64,000 nucleotides of DNA from Alphaproteobacteria bacterium (GTDB taxonomy: Bacteria; Pseudomonadota; Alphaproteobacteria; SHVV01): NCBI GenBank assembly GCA_965261735.1, contig OZ253470.1:224001-288000 (forward strand), in the 5' to 3' direction. This document shows, one piece after another, positions 20,059-30,155 of this stretch. Position numbers and translations under genes: made by a program. A model generated the notes under the pieces. The model saw only the letters and a program-made list of their open reading frames with translations. It was not told the origin of the DNA and ran no database searches. Position 1 is the stretch's first letter. Every line of letters starts with the position of its first letter.

Positions 20059-21426
20059 GTAAGCATCCGCCGAAGACCGCGGGGTATTTCGGGCTGAGTT
20101 TGGCGGCGGGGTGATGCCGGTGAGGAGCGCCAGGCGGGGCCTTGGCCTATGCAGCCCGATCGTGCCGCCGGTTGTCTTGCCAGTTCCACGGAAGGAGTTC
20201 GTCGAGCTGGCTCTGCGGCGTCCCGGCGATCTTGCCGAGGACATCGGCGAGCCAGGCCTGCGGATCGACATTGTTGAGCTTGGCGGTGCCGATGAGGGTG
20301 TACATCGCCGCCGCCCGCACGCCGCCGCGGTCGGAGCCGCAGAACAGCCACGACTTTCTGCCCAAAGCAATCCCTCTGAGCGCGCGCTCGGCGGCGTTGT
20401 TGGTCAGGCAGATGCGGCCGTCGTCGAGGAAGCGGGCGAAGCGGTCCCAGCGCCTGAGCATGTAGTCCATCGCCTTGGCCACGGGGGAATGGCGCGACAG
20501 CTTCTTGCGCTCGGCCTGCATCCAGCCCTTGAGATCGGCCAGCACCGGCGCGCTCAGCTCCTGGCGTGCGGCGAGGCGCTGCTCGGTGGGCTTGCCGTTG
20601 ATCCCGCGCTCGATGTCGAACAGCACATCGATCCGCTTCACCGCCTCCAGCGCCACGGGCGAGATCGGCGGCGCGTTCTTGCCGCGTCGCTTGCTGGCTG
20701 ATCGATACCGCGCCCCCCGACGTCGTCGGCCACAGGAACCGGCCGCGCTCAAGTCGCTTGGCGTAGAGCGAGATCCCCAGACCGTCATGCCAGAGGATTT
20801 TTACCAGGTCGCCTCGACGGCCGCGGAAAATATACAGATCCCCCGCATGGGGATCGTGCCCGAGATCCTCCTGGACCTGAAGCGCCAGCGTGTTCATGCC
20901 GTGCCGCATGTCGGTCACGCCGGTCGCCAGCGAACCGAAAGCACCCGGGCCAGCGCCGAACCGTCCACCTCCCGGTCGACGATCACCCGCGAGCCATCGG
21001 CCAGCGCGATCTCCATCCGTCCCGCCGCGGGAGCGGCACCCGCGGCAGCGTCCGCCAGGGGCGGCGGCGTCCCGGAAGGCTCGACAACCACCGGCACCAA
21101 GCCACCGGCCCCGCCAGCCTGCTCGCGAAACTGACGCCGCCAGGTGAACACCAGGTTGGCGTTCACGTCGTTGCGCCGCGCCACAACCGACACAGAAACC
21201 CCGGGCTGGTAGCTCTCCGCTACAATCCGACGCTTCTCGGCATCGCTCCAGCGACGACGAGGAGCAACCGCGCCTGCCCGCCCGGGCCCCAGATTCTCCA
21301 ATGCTTCCGACATCTGCGATCGTGTCCACTTGGACCTTGGTGGACACCTCCATGGTGTCCACTTCCGATCGCATAACCTCGCCCGATCACACTAATCCGA
21401 GAAGGCGGCCCACGCCGGAGGCTTAC
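20059..21426 (-). mobile_element. IS66 with both ends but internally deleted (tnpA, tnpB, 3' part of tnpC)
   Basis: GTAAGCATCCG...CCGGAGGCTTAC ends; TnpB KILWHDGLG..KRLERGRF; TnpC NNAAERALR..GRKSWLF..ELLPWNW. No TSD seen. Confidence 0.9.
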
Positions 21427-21428
21427 GT

Positions 21429-21700
21429 TCAACATAACTCGATGTCGGTCTGCCTGGTGCTCGCGAAATACTGCCGGGTATAGGGTCCGTAGATTTGCAC
21501 GCCCATCGACGCAACGATGCCCCTCTCTACCGACTGCGGATAAGGATAGTCCCGGCGGACGTACGGGGTGCAGCGGTACTCCGGGGCGACGGTAAAGCCG
21601 CGCCAGATGTCGCCGAGGGTCTGGGCCCCAGCGCTTCCCCATGGAAGAATGATCGTGAAGCCTGCGTTATCTGCAAGGATAAAGGTGACGGCTAGGCTCT
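21429..21700 (-). pseudogene. Truncated paralog of the secreted HNH/DUF1524-like nuclease at 47302
   Basis: Hand translation (not in the ORF track): IWRGFTVAPEYRCTPYVRRDYPYPQSVERGIV..IYGPY..TDIE, ending next to the IS66 end. Confidence 0.85.
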
Positions 21701-21825
21701 TCTACCACCGCTTGGTATTTCGGCACGTAATCGTCGTTGTCTCATACGTCCAGCGATCGCGCTCCCCGGGGAGGCCGGCTGCGCAGCAGGGTGCCGCGGC
21801 CGGACCGGTATCGGCTGAACGGGTT

Positions 21826-22719
21826 TCAACCGTGTCGTCTTTTGCTGGTAGCGCCGGCTCGCACCATCTCGGAATCCACCCGCACCATGTGCGCGATGGT
21901 ATCCCTTAGCGCCAGTAGCTCTCGAATAACCCCGCACACATGCCGCGCCTGGTCGCGCGTCGCCGCATATTCGTTGGCATGAGCAAGATCGTCTCGAAGC
22001 GTCTGTATTTCTTCTAGTTTCTCTCGGAAGTTACCCTTGCTATGTTCGCTCTTCGGAAGTTGAAAACCTTTCAGAAGAATTTCCAATTTGTCGCAAAATT
22101 GCGTGAACAGCAGGGCATCAACGAAGCCGTCACCTCGACGTGACCCCTCTATCTCTTTGTTGATCTTCTTCTTGCGGTTGTCACTAAGACTGCGCTTCCA
22201 CTCATCATCGTTTGGATACTCCCTCTTAATTACCTCGAACATGGAGATTTCGAACCCGGTTATCAGTGCGAAGAGGGCCGCCCTGACAGGCAGTTTCTGA
22301 AGGTCCGATAGGCTGACCAAACCGACAATATTGGCCCCGGAGATAACAAGCCGGCAGGGCTTTTTGTCGGCCTCGACGACAAACTCCAGAATGCTGGCGT
22401 CAGCCCCCATTAGATGTTCTTCAGAGAGCGGCACATAGTGCTGCTCAATGTGCCCCTCAACCGACACCTCATCGCAAAACTGCACAGCGTCAAACAGACC
22501 GATGATGCGGTCCTGCTGCCGGTCACCGGGAGCTACGACAGGGAGGAAATCATACGGCTCCGTGTTCCGCGCCATGACGACGGGCAAAGCTTCATGCAGT
22601 GCGCATGTCATGAGCTGGGGTCGTTTCGTCGAAATGAGTTCGACCGTCAGCCCCGCGTGCAGCGCGTGGAAAACATCGACGGCTCCCGCATTGTCATGAT
22701 TGGTCCATTTCTCGGTCAT
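21826..22719 (-). CDS. CBS-pair + HEPN domain protein
   Basis: YDFLPVV..IIGL and CRLV..IVGLVSLSDL (CBS-like); C-terminal helical region with LRDDLAH (Rx4H); GGAGG RBS. Confidence 0.7.
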   Translation of the reverse strand: MTEKWTNHDNAGAVDVFHALHAGLTVELISTKRPQLMTCALHEALPVVMARNTEPYDFLPVVAPGDRQQDRIIGLFDAVQFCDEVSVEGHIEQHYVPLSEEHLMGADASILEFVVEADKKPCRLVISGANIVGLVSLSDLQKLPVRAALFALITGFEISMFEVIKREYPNDDEWKRSLSDNRKKKINKEIEGSRRGDGFVDALLFTQFCDKLEILLKGFQLPKSEHSKGNFREKLEEIQTLRDDLAHANEYAATRDQARHVCGVIRELLALRDTIAHMVRVDSEMVRAGATSKRRHG

Positions 22720-22755
22720 GTCCGCGCCTCCTTGCTGTCAGCCGCGGTTGAATAG

Positions 22756-23897
22756 TGGCCTGCCCCCGATTAGTGGTCCAGCGCTTAAGTTAGAGTTTGG
22801 CGCGGGTTAAGTTGATGGGCCGACCGTAGCCCCTCAACAGCGTAGGTTGGCCCCTCAACGGCCCGGGTCACCTTGGGAGAACGGATACAACGAGAGCTTC
22901 AACTCAAAGCTCCGGAACGAAATCCTGAACACGGAGATCTTCTCTACACTGAAGGAGGCCAAAGTGCTGATCGAACGATGGCGGCATCACTATAATACCA
23001 TCCGGCCGCATAGCTCGCTCGGATACAGACCGCCGACCCCAGAAACCATCTTGCCAAACGAGCTCGATATAGAGGGTCTTGACGCCGATCCTGCCGAGCC
23101 AGTCGCGGACGGCATGAGCGGTAAACTCTGAGCCGTTGTCGGAACGGATATGATCCGGCGGGCCATGTTGGACGAAGAGCTCGGTCAGACAATGGAGTAC
23201 ATTGTCCGAGTTCAATCTTCGCTCGACGACAACGGCCATGCACCGCCTGGTGAACTCATCGATCACGGTGAGCATGCGGAACTTCCTCCCATCGTGTGTT
23301 CGATCCATGACGAAGTCATAGGACCAGACGTGATTGGGCCAGCACGACCGCAGACGGATGCAGGATCCGTCGTTGAGCCACAGCCTGCCCCGTTTCGGTT
23401 GCTTCTGTGGGACCTTCAGCCCCTCCCGCCGCCAGATGCGCTGGACCCGCTTGGCGTTCACGTGCCAACCTTCGGTCCTGAGCAAGGCAGTGATCCGCCG
23501 ATAGCCATATCTGCCATACTGGCTGGCCAAGCGGATGATCGCGGCCGTGAGTGCCTCTTCATCATCCCGACCACGGGGTCTCTTGCGCTGGGTTGAGCGA
23601 TGTTGGCCTGCAACAGCACAGGCACGTCGCTCGGAGATTCCCAGTTCGGCCTGGAGATGATCAACACACTGCCGGTGACGGGCGGGGCTTAGCAATTTCC
23701 CTCAAGCGCCTCTTTCAAGATCAGCTTATCCAACGTCAGATCCGAGATCGCCTTCCGGAGACGGCCATTCTCCTTCTCCAGGTCCTTCAGACGCTTGGCC
23801 TGGTCAGTACGAAGGCCGCCATATTCCTTGCGCCAGCGATAGTAACTCTGCTCCGATACGCCGAGCGTGCGGCAAGCTTGACCAACGGACTGGCCCG
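22756..23897 (-). mobile_element. IS3-family element, 5'-truncated, with an internally inverted orfB 3' segment
   Basis: OrfA YYRWRKEYGG..LEKEN; OrfB RYGYRRI, WSYDF and RSDNGSEF on the minus strand, but PGSPWENGYNESFN..RPHSSLGY on the plus strand (about 22860-23060). Confidence 0.88.
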
Positions 23898-24213
23898 GCG
23901 AGGATGTGCGAGCCCAGGTTGGGGATGGTGATCCAGGGCAGGATCAGGAACCTCGGATTGTCGGCGACGAGCGGGAGGTTCTTCTCGCGTGCATGGGCAT
24001 CAATCCGGATGCCGCTGATAATCCGTGGTTGCGGGAGGCGATGAAGCCGCTGGTGAGGGACGACTACGACAGGAAGCTGCCTGTCGAGGTCCTGCGCTCG
24101 GGCGACCGGGTCGAACTGCCGGCCGTCCTGACGTTCGGGTCGGGCGTCGTGTTCAAGGTGAAATGGCGGTGGCGTGAGGAGAACGGCGAGCAGAGGGAGC
24201 GAACAAATCGGAA

Positions 24214-24325
24214 ATGGCTGGTCGTCTGGCCGCGCGGATGGGATTAAGCAAGGCCGAGGGGAAGGATGCGGTGGACAGCGTGTTCGCGGCGATCGGCGAG
24301 GCGCTTGCGCAGGAGGAGGATGTGA
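24214..24325 (+). pseudogene. HU-family DNA-binding protein fragment
   Basis: LAARMGLSKAEGKDAVDSVFAAIGEALAQEEDV. Confidence 0.65.
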
Positions 24326-24349
24326 CCGGATTGAGCCAGGCTGACCCAA

Positions 24350-24515
24350 CGCCGGCCCGGAGCGCCCTGCCACCTGGCGCAACATTGGCCATCTGCCGCA
24401 GAGCCCGCCGCGAATCGAACGGGTGATCGAGCCGGAGAGCCGGGACTGCCCGTGCGGCTGCGGGAGATGGTGCGGGTCGGCGAAGACCGGAGCGAGAGCC
24501 TGGACATCGTTCCCA
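24350..24515 (+). pseudogene. IS66 TnpC zinc-finger fragment
   Basis: NIGHLPQSPPRIERVIEPESRDCPCGCG, frameshifting into MVRVGEDRSESLDIVP. Confidence 0.65.
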
Positions 24516-24587
24516 GTACTTCGTCCTTCCGAAACTCTGAAAGCGAAGCTACCCTTCGTGCACGATGGGCAGGGCGGAGCTGAAAGA

Positions 24588-27500
24588 ATGATTGAGGGAG
24601 CCCGGCAGCTTTCGCGCCAGCATGTAACGGTTCGAGTGCCGTGGCACGATTCCGGGTGGACGGGCAGGGTCTGCGCAGCGCCATCGGCCAACACGTCCTG
24701 CATGGCGCTGTCGCGCATCGCCAAGAACAAGAGAGCCGACGAGGACTCCTTCCGAGATCGAGACTTCGAAGACCTGGGGGCATCCGAACTCCCGCCATGC
24801 GTCGAGGAGCGAGTGGGCTTCCTCTCCGAACACGACTTTATCTTGAAAAAGCAGCATCCTTACAAGGTTGCCAGCCCTGAGACACACGGACATTTCGGCG
24901 AGACGACGCTCCGATTAGAGGCGTATTCGGCTGCTTGCATTCCATTCGGGTGGATGTTGCGACGTCACGTTGAAGGCGACGAGCGCGCGGGAATGGTAGG
25001 CAAAGCGGACGCGCTAAGACTCGGCTACGATACCGCCCGCGAACCCAAGCTGCCATTCGATACGAGTTGGATACAGGACAAGCGCAACCAACTCGTCATG
25101 CTCGACACATTCTTCGCCGCCCTTGAACCGAAAGGTTCGCTGTGCGTGTTCTACGCCAAGCGGACGCCACTCGCAGAAGACAACCGCCGCGTCATCATCG
25201 GGGTGGGACGGGTCAAGAGTGTGGGCCACATGACCGAATACACCTATGACGCGCCAGGGCCGCTTGAGGGCGTGTTGTGGGAGCGTTGTGTCCGTCACTC
25301 GCTCCGGCTCAAAGGCAATTCAGATGGCTTCCTGATGCCGTACCATGCTCTCCTGGCTGCGGCAGAGGCTGATCCGACTCTAGACCTTGCCGGCAGCGTC
25401 GCGTTCGCGCCGGACGACCAGTTCGACGCGTATTCTTACGCGTCCGAGCATCTGGGCGATGACGCGGCGATTGCCTCGCTGCTGTCGTGTGCGGTCGCCC
25501 TTCGGGCAGCGGCCGAGCACATCGATGTCGAGATCGAGTCGGCGCTGAAATGGATCGACGCCGAGATCGCCCGGTTATGGACGGCACGTGGCGTCTATCC
25601 GGGGCTGGGAAGCGCACTTTCCGCCTTTGGGCTCGATCATGGCGGTCTTCTTGCGCACGAGATTGTCCGCGCCGGTGCCGAGGACGGCAAGGTGTTCGAC
25701 GCGTTCGCCTTCATCGACGCCTTTGTCGCCGATCCAAAGCGGTTCCCACAAGGCGAGCATCTGGGCTTTGGAGCGAGTTTTCGCGAAAAGTGGAGCGGGC
25801 TTCCTCCCGAACGACGTAGGCTGCTGGAACTAGTTGGGCGTTGCAATCTTAAGGCCGACCAAGCGCTCCGTGTCTATCAGCCGAGTATAAGGAGCTTCGC
25901 CCCTTCGACCAGCGACGCTGACGTCCTCGCGAACCCCTACCTGATGTTCGAGTGCGACGAAGCGGCGGCCGAGCGGATCGGCTTTGCAGTGGTCGATCGC
26001 GGCGTGTTCCCGGGCGATGCGGTGCGTGAGGCGGCGCCTTTGGCCTCGCCGACGGAGATGACCGATGCGATCGACAAGCGGCGCGTGCGAGCGCTGATGA
26101 TCGATCTTCTCGAACGCGCGGTCACCGAGGCGGGGCACACGCTATTGCCGCGAAGCTGGATGGTGCAGCGCGCGCTGGCCACACCGCTGGAGCCCAAGTG
26201 CACGATCGACGAGGACGTGATCGCGATCAACAGCGCTTGGCTCACGGAGGGGCTCGCCGAAGCAAAGACCGGGAGCGGCGAACCAGCGTACAAGCTGCAG
26301 CGTTACGCGACTGCCCGCAAAATGATCGGCTCGGCGATCTATAAACGTGTCAGTGCGAAGCAACACGAGCTAAATCACGACTGGCGCAAGCTCGTCGACA
26401 AGGAACTCGGGCCGCTACCGACGGAAACCGACGACCGCAAGGAAGAAGACCGCGCTCGGCACGAGAAGGTGGCCTCGCTCAAGCAGTTGGCGAGATTTCG
26501 GTTTTCGGTGCTTGTCGGACCTGCCGGTTCGGGCAAGACGACGCTGCTGAAAATCCTGTGCAACCTGCCTCAGGTCCGTGAGAGAAAGGTCCTGTTGCTG
26601 GCACCGACGGGGAAGGCGCGGGTCAGGCTGGAGGAAGCCACGGAACGCGTGGGCGAAGGCAAGACGCTCGCCCAGTTCCTACAACGTTTGGATCGCTATG
26701 ACGGTGCTAGCGGGCGCTATTATTGGAACCCCGCCGCCCCGCGTGAGAAGGCGTACCGGACGGTCATCGTCGATGAATGTTCGATGCTGACCGAAGATCA
26801 GCTCGGCGCTCTTCTTGACGCAATTGAAGGCGTGGAGCGCCTCGTCCTCGTCGGCGATCCGCGTCAGTTGCCACCGATCGGTGCGGGCCGCCCGTTCGTC
26901 GACATCTGTCACAAGCTCGCCCCGCCCGAGCAGCCGCCGATCTTTCCGCGTCTCGCCGACGGCTACGCCGAGCTAACGGTGATCGGCCGCCAACGCGGCA
27001 GTGGGCGCGGCGACGTGCTGCTCGCGCGACAATTCAGCGGCGAACCGCTCGATGCTGGTGGCGACGAAGTCTGGGATGCGCTGAACGCAGGCACGCTCGA
27101 CCACGTTCGCTCAGTCCGCTGGGCCGGACCAAGTGCTGTCGAAGGGACGCTGACCACCGAGCTTGTCTCTGGGCTCAAGCTCGTGGGCGGCGACGATGAG
27201 GCGGGGTTCGAGCTGAGCCTCGGCGGAAGCACCTACGAAGGCAATGTCTATTTCTGGTCGGCACGCGAAGTCGGCGGCGACGGCGGAGCTGCGTCGCGTT
27301 CGCATGCCTGGCAGATTCTGTCGCCGATCCGCGCTGGCCTTGCCGGTGTCGACGGGTTGAACCTCGCGGTCCAGCGACGCTTCCGAGTCAAGGCCAAGGC
27401 GCGGGCCGAGGCGACACGTTGGGCGAAGATCCCAAAACCGGCCGGCCCGCAAGGCCTGTTATGGGGTGACAAGGTAATTAACGTCCGCAACAACGGCCGA

Positions 27501-28358
27501 CGACGCACCTACCCGACCCAGGAGAACGCCTATGTCGCGAACGGTGACATAGGCATCATCGTCGGCGGCTTCAAGACGAAGAATATGAAGCGCCGACCAC
27601 GCAATCTCGAAGTTGAGTTCAACAGTCAACGAGGCGTCAAGTTCACTTATCCGTATTGGGAGTTCACCGGCGACGACGGCTCACCCGAACTTGAGCTGGC
27701 CTACGTACTGACCGTTCACAAGACGCAGGGCAGCCAATTCGACCAGATCTTCCTAGTCGTGCCCAAGCATTGTCGACCGCTGACGCGTGAGTTGCTTTAC
27801 ACAGCGCTGACGCGCCATCGTGACCGGCTTGTGATCCTCCACGAGGACGAGATTGGCGCGCTGCGCCGCTACGCCGAACCCGCGGCGTCCGAGATCGCAC
27901 GTCGGATGACCGACCTTTTCGAGGAGCCCACACCGATCGAGGTGGTGACGGACACCGGGCCGAAGTTCCTCGACCAGCATCTCCTACACCGGACGAGCCG
28001 CAACGAACTCGTGCGGTCGAAGGCCGAGCTGGCGATCGCTGAGAAGCTGATCGCGATGGGCGTGCCCTATGTCTACGAGCAACCGCTCATGCTTGGTGGG
28101 CGGACACGGTGGCCGGATTTCACCATTGAAGACGATGAGAGCGGCATCACCTACTACTGGGAGCATCTCGGGCTCCTGTCCGATCCCGCGTATGCGGAGC
28201 GGTGGGCAACTAAGCGGCAGGCTTATCTCGCGGATGGAATCTGCCCTGTCGACCAAGCGGCGGGCGCTGATCGCGTGCTGATCGAGACGCAGGAAACCGA
28301 AGGTTCGGGACTCAACATGCTGGAAGTGGAACGCCTGGCCAGGATTGTCCTCGACTGA
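24588..28358 (+). CDS. RecD-like SF1B helicase with an N-terminal VPWHD domain and a C-terminal PD-(D/E)xK-like nuclease
   Basis: GPAGSGKTT, VIVDECSM, VGDPRQLPPIG, AYVLTVHKTQGS, LYTALTR; C-terminal VRSKAE..YVYEQ..WPDF..YWEHLG. Confidence 0.9.
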   Translation: MIEGARQLSRQHVTVRVPWHDSGWTGRVCAAPSANTSCMALSRIAKNKRADEDSFRDRDFEDLGASELPPCVEERVGFLSEHDFILKKQHPYKVASPETHGHFGETTLRLEAYSAACIPFGWMLRRHVEGDERAGMVGKADALRLGYDTAREPKLPFDTSWIQDKRNQLVMLDTFFAALEPKGSLCVFYAKRTPLAEDNRRVIIGVGRVKSVGHMTEYTYDAPGPLEGVLWERCVRHSLRLKGNSDGFLMPYHALLAAAEADPTLDLAGSVAFAPDDQFDAYSYASEHLGDDAAIASLLSCAVALRAAAEHIDVEIESALKWIDAEIARLWTARGVYPGLGSALSAFGLDHGGLLAHEIVRAGAEDGKVFDAFAFIDAFVADPKRFPQGEHLGFGASFREKWSGLPPERRRLLELVGRCNLKADQALRVYQPSIRSFAPSTSDADVLANPYLMFECDEAAAERIGFAVVDRGVFPGDAVREAAPLASPTEMTDAIDKRRVRALMIDLLERAVTEAGHTLLPRSWMVQRALATPLEPKCTIDEDVIAINSAWLTEGLAEAKTGSGEPAYKLQRYATARKMIGSAIYKRVSAKQHELNHDWRKLVDKELGPLPTETDDRKEEDRARHEKVASLKQLARFRFSVLVGPAGSGKTTLLKILCNLPQVRERKVLLLAPTGKARVRLEEATERVGEGKTLAQFLQRLDRYDGASGRYYWNPAAPREKAYRTVIVDECSMLTEDQLGALLDAIEGVERLVLVGDPRQLPPIGAGRPFVDICHKLAPPEQPPIFPRLADGYAELTVIGRQRGSGRGDVLLARQFSGEPLDAGGDEVWDALNAGTLDHVRSVRWAGPSAVEGTLTTELVSGLKLVGGDDEAGFELSLGGSTYEGNVYFWSAREVGGDGGAASRSHAWQILSPIRAGLAGVDGLNLAVQRRFRVKAKARAEATRWAKIPKPAGPQGLLWGDKVINVRNNGRRRTYPTQENAYVANGDIGIIVGGFKTKNMKRRPRNLEVEFNSQRGVKFTYPYWEFTGDDGSPELELAYVLTVHKTQGSQFDQIFLVVPKHCRPLTRELLYTALTRHRDRLVILHEDEIGALRRYAEPAASEIARRMTDLFEEPTPIEVVTDTGPKFLDQHLLHRTSRNELVRSKAELAIAEKLIAMGVPYVYEQPLMLGGRTRWPDFTIEDDESGITYYWEHLGLLSDPAYAERWATKRQAYLADGICPVDQAAGADRVLIETQETEGSGLNMLEVERLARIVLD

Positions 28359-28619
28359 ACTTAGATTGCGGTGGATCCCTGTTGTTTGCCCTGTTCGGTC
28401 CACCTTCCGCAAAGAGCAACAATCGGCCATATGGCAGAGTCGTCAAGGAGCAACTGTATGACGCCGGAAAGGTGAAGCACCGTCGGAAACAGCCGGTTAA
28501 CGGAGACGTCGATACGCGGGGTATTTCATGAAATCTCAGGTCTTTGGTCCCTACGACCTTCCGAAGAAAACTGCGGCTAAGGGGAAGGTTCTTGACCTGT
28601 CTCCCAGAGCACTGAATCG

Positions 28620-28773
28620 CATCTGGGTCGGCCTTGACTTCGCCGTACTTCGAGCATGTATCGCTTGGTGTGAGTTCCGGCGCTACGGAGAGGCCCATCC
28701 AGGTTTTCGCCCGGGCGTCAGGTTCAAGCATTGCGGCGAGGATCGTTGCAGTCAGGATAGCGACCAGTCTCAT
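28620..28773 (-). pseudogene. N-terminal fragment of a third secreted-nuclease paralog
   Basis: Signal-peptide-like MRLVAILTATILAAML then TWMGLSVAPE..C..Y, matching TWRGLAVAPEHRCAPY of the 47302 protein. Confidence 0.55.
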
Positions 28774-29306
28774 TCGCCTACTCCCTTATCAACAGCACCA
28801 TTGCCAAGCTGGATACTGTATCGAGGCAGAAAAAGGCAACCCTGGTTGTCAGATCAAACCCTCAGACCCTCAAACTTCCTGTCCTCAGTTCGAGCGCAGA
28901 CACGCGATCCAGGCTGGACCGCCCTCTAATCTTGCGTTTGCGCGCCTCATAGCCAGGGGCGCACCGGGATTGCCTTAGCGTGCTGGGAATCGGATGGGAA
29001 TTTCCGGAAATCAATACCCTGACCGCTGAAGGCGACGAAAGGCGTAGCAATGCTTGCCCTTCAGGTGGGCTGCTGGGCTGGTGACTTCCAACTGTTGTAA
29101 CTAGCCTTGACCTAACATTGCCTCCGAAATCCGGATAAGATCGTTCTTCACCTATGCGGCCTGACCGATGGTCATGTCCCGAATCTTACTGTCGGTGCGG
29201 CTCAGAGAAACTACCAATCCATTCTGCAGAAGTTGCATAGCATTGCGTTGCTGACGCACCGGGATCCCGCGGTGCCAGCCTGTTGATTTAACCCAATGAT
29301 CGCGTT

Positions 29307-29627
29307 CTATTCGGTCGAAACCTGCGTTTTGGCTTCCTCGAGCAGGCGGGTCATCTCGTGACGCACCTTGTGCTCGTCCGTCGCGATCCCTTTGTCAGTC
29401 AGGTCGCCGAGCACCTTCCGCAACACATCGGCATCTCCCGGCTCTTCAAAATCGGCGATCACGACCTGCTTGGCGTAGGCCTCGGCATCCGCGCCAGAAA
29501 TGCCCATTTGCTCCGCTGCCCACAGGCCGAGCAGCTTGTTGCGCCGCGCGATGGTCTTGAACTGGAACTCCTGATCATGCGTGAACTTGGCTTCGGCGGC
29601 TGTTTTGCGGTCATCAAAGGCGGTCAT
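29307..29627 (-). CDS. DUF1476 protein (F1Fo ATPase inhibitor zeta subunit family)
   Basis: MTAFDDR..EAKFTHDQEFQFK..ARRNKLLGLWAAE..ADFEEPGDADVLRKV; GAGGAG RBS. Confidence 0.9.
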   Translation of the reverse strand: MTAFDDRKTAAEAKFTHDQEFQFKTIARRNKLLGLWAAEQMGISGADAEAYAKQVVIADFEEPGDADVLRKVLGDLTDKGIATDEHKVRHEMTRLLEEAKTQVSTE

Positions 29628-29959
29628 CGACCGGGCTCCTCAACTTCAGAAGACGGGATCGGCGCTTTGTCCGCCTTTTCATTCTTGTATGCGATGAAGC
29701 CCGACGCGCCTTTGCCTTTGGCGCGGCGCAGTGTGTAGCCATAATTTCCGAGATTGAACTTCGGGTCATTCTCAAAGCCCGCGAGAGCCTCAACGATCTT
29801 CATCGCCACGGGATCCGGCTTGCTCCTGGCTTGTGAGGCAGCCTCCCGCTCCAGCCACCTTGCGAAGACCTCTTCGGCGAGGTCGTCGCCGACAGATTTC
29901 CTAAGCGCGGTCAATTTTCTCACCAGACCTTTGGTGAGCCCGGTCTCATCGATAGCCAT
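29624..29959 (-). CDS. Hypothetical protein, translationally coupled to the zeta gene
   Basis: Clean ORF with an RBS-like GAGGGG; its stop overlaps the zeta ATG (ATGA). Confidence 0.7.
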   Translation of the reverse strand: MAIDETGLTKGLVRKLTALRKSVGDDLAEEVFARWLEREAASQARSKPDPVAMKIVEALAGFENDPKFNLGNYGYTLRRAKGKGASGFIAYKNEKADKAPIPSSEVEEPGR

Positions 29960-30155
29960 TTCCTGAACCCCTCATTTCAAGCCTCTTATACTGTCGCGTG
30001 GCCCGGCTGGTGCAGCTGATTGCCACTGTTGCACACCAGCTTGCCGTTTCCCTTTTCACGTCGTTCTGCTTGAACCGATGTGCTGGATGTATTCTACCGC
30101 CAAACCAAGTTAATCGCCGCCGCCGTCGACAAGGGAAATTTACAGGCATTGCCTG

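Noticed and set aside
24423-24587. CPCGC zinc finger at the helicase N-terminus
   Set aside because: It belongs to an IS66 TnpC fragment; the helicase more plausibly starts at ATG 24588.
30063-30075. GTTCTGCTTGAAC upstream of umuD as a LexA box
   Set aside because: It is an inverted GTTC-N5-GAAC, not the direct-repeat N7 consensus. It could be another operator, but there is no support.
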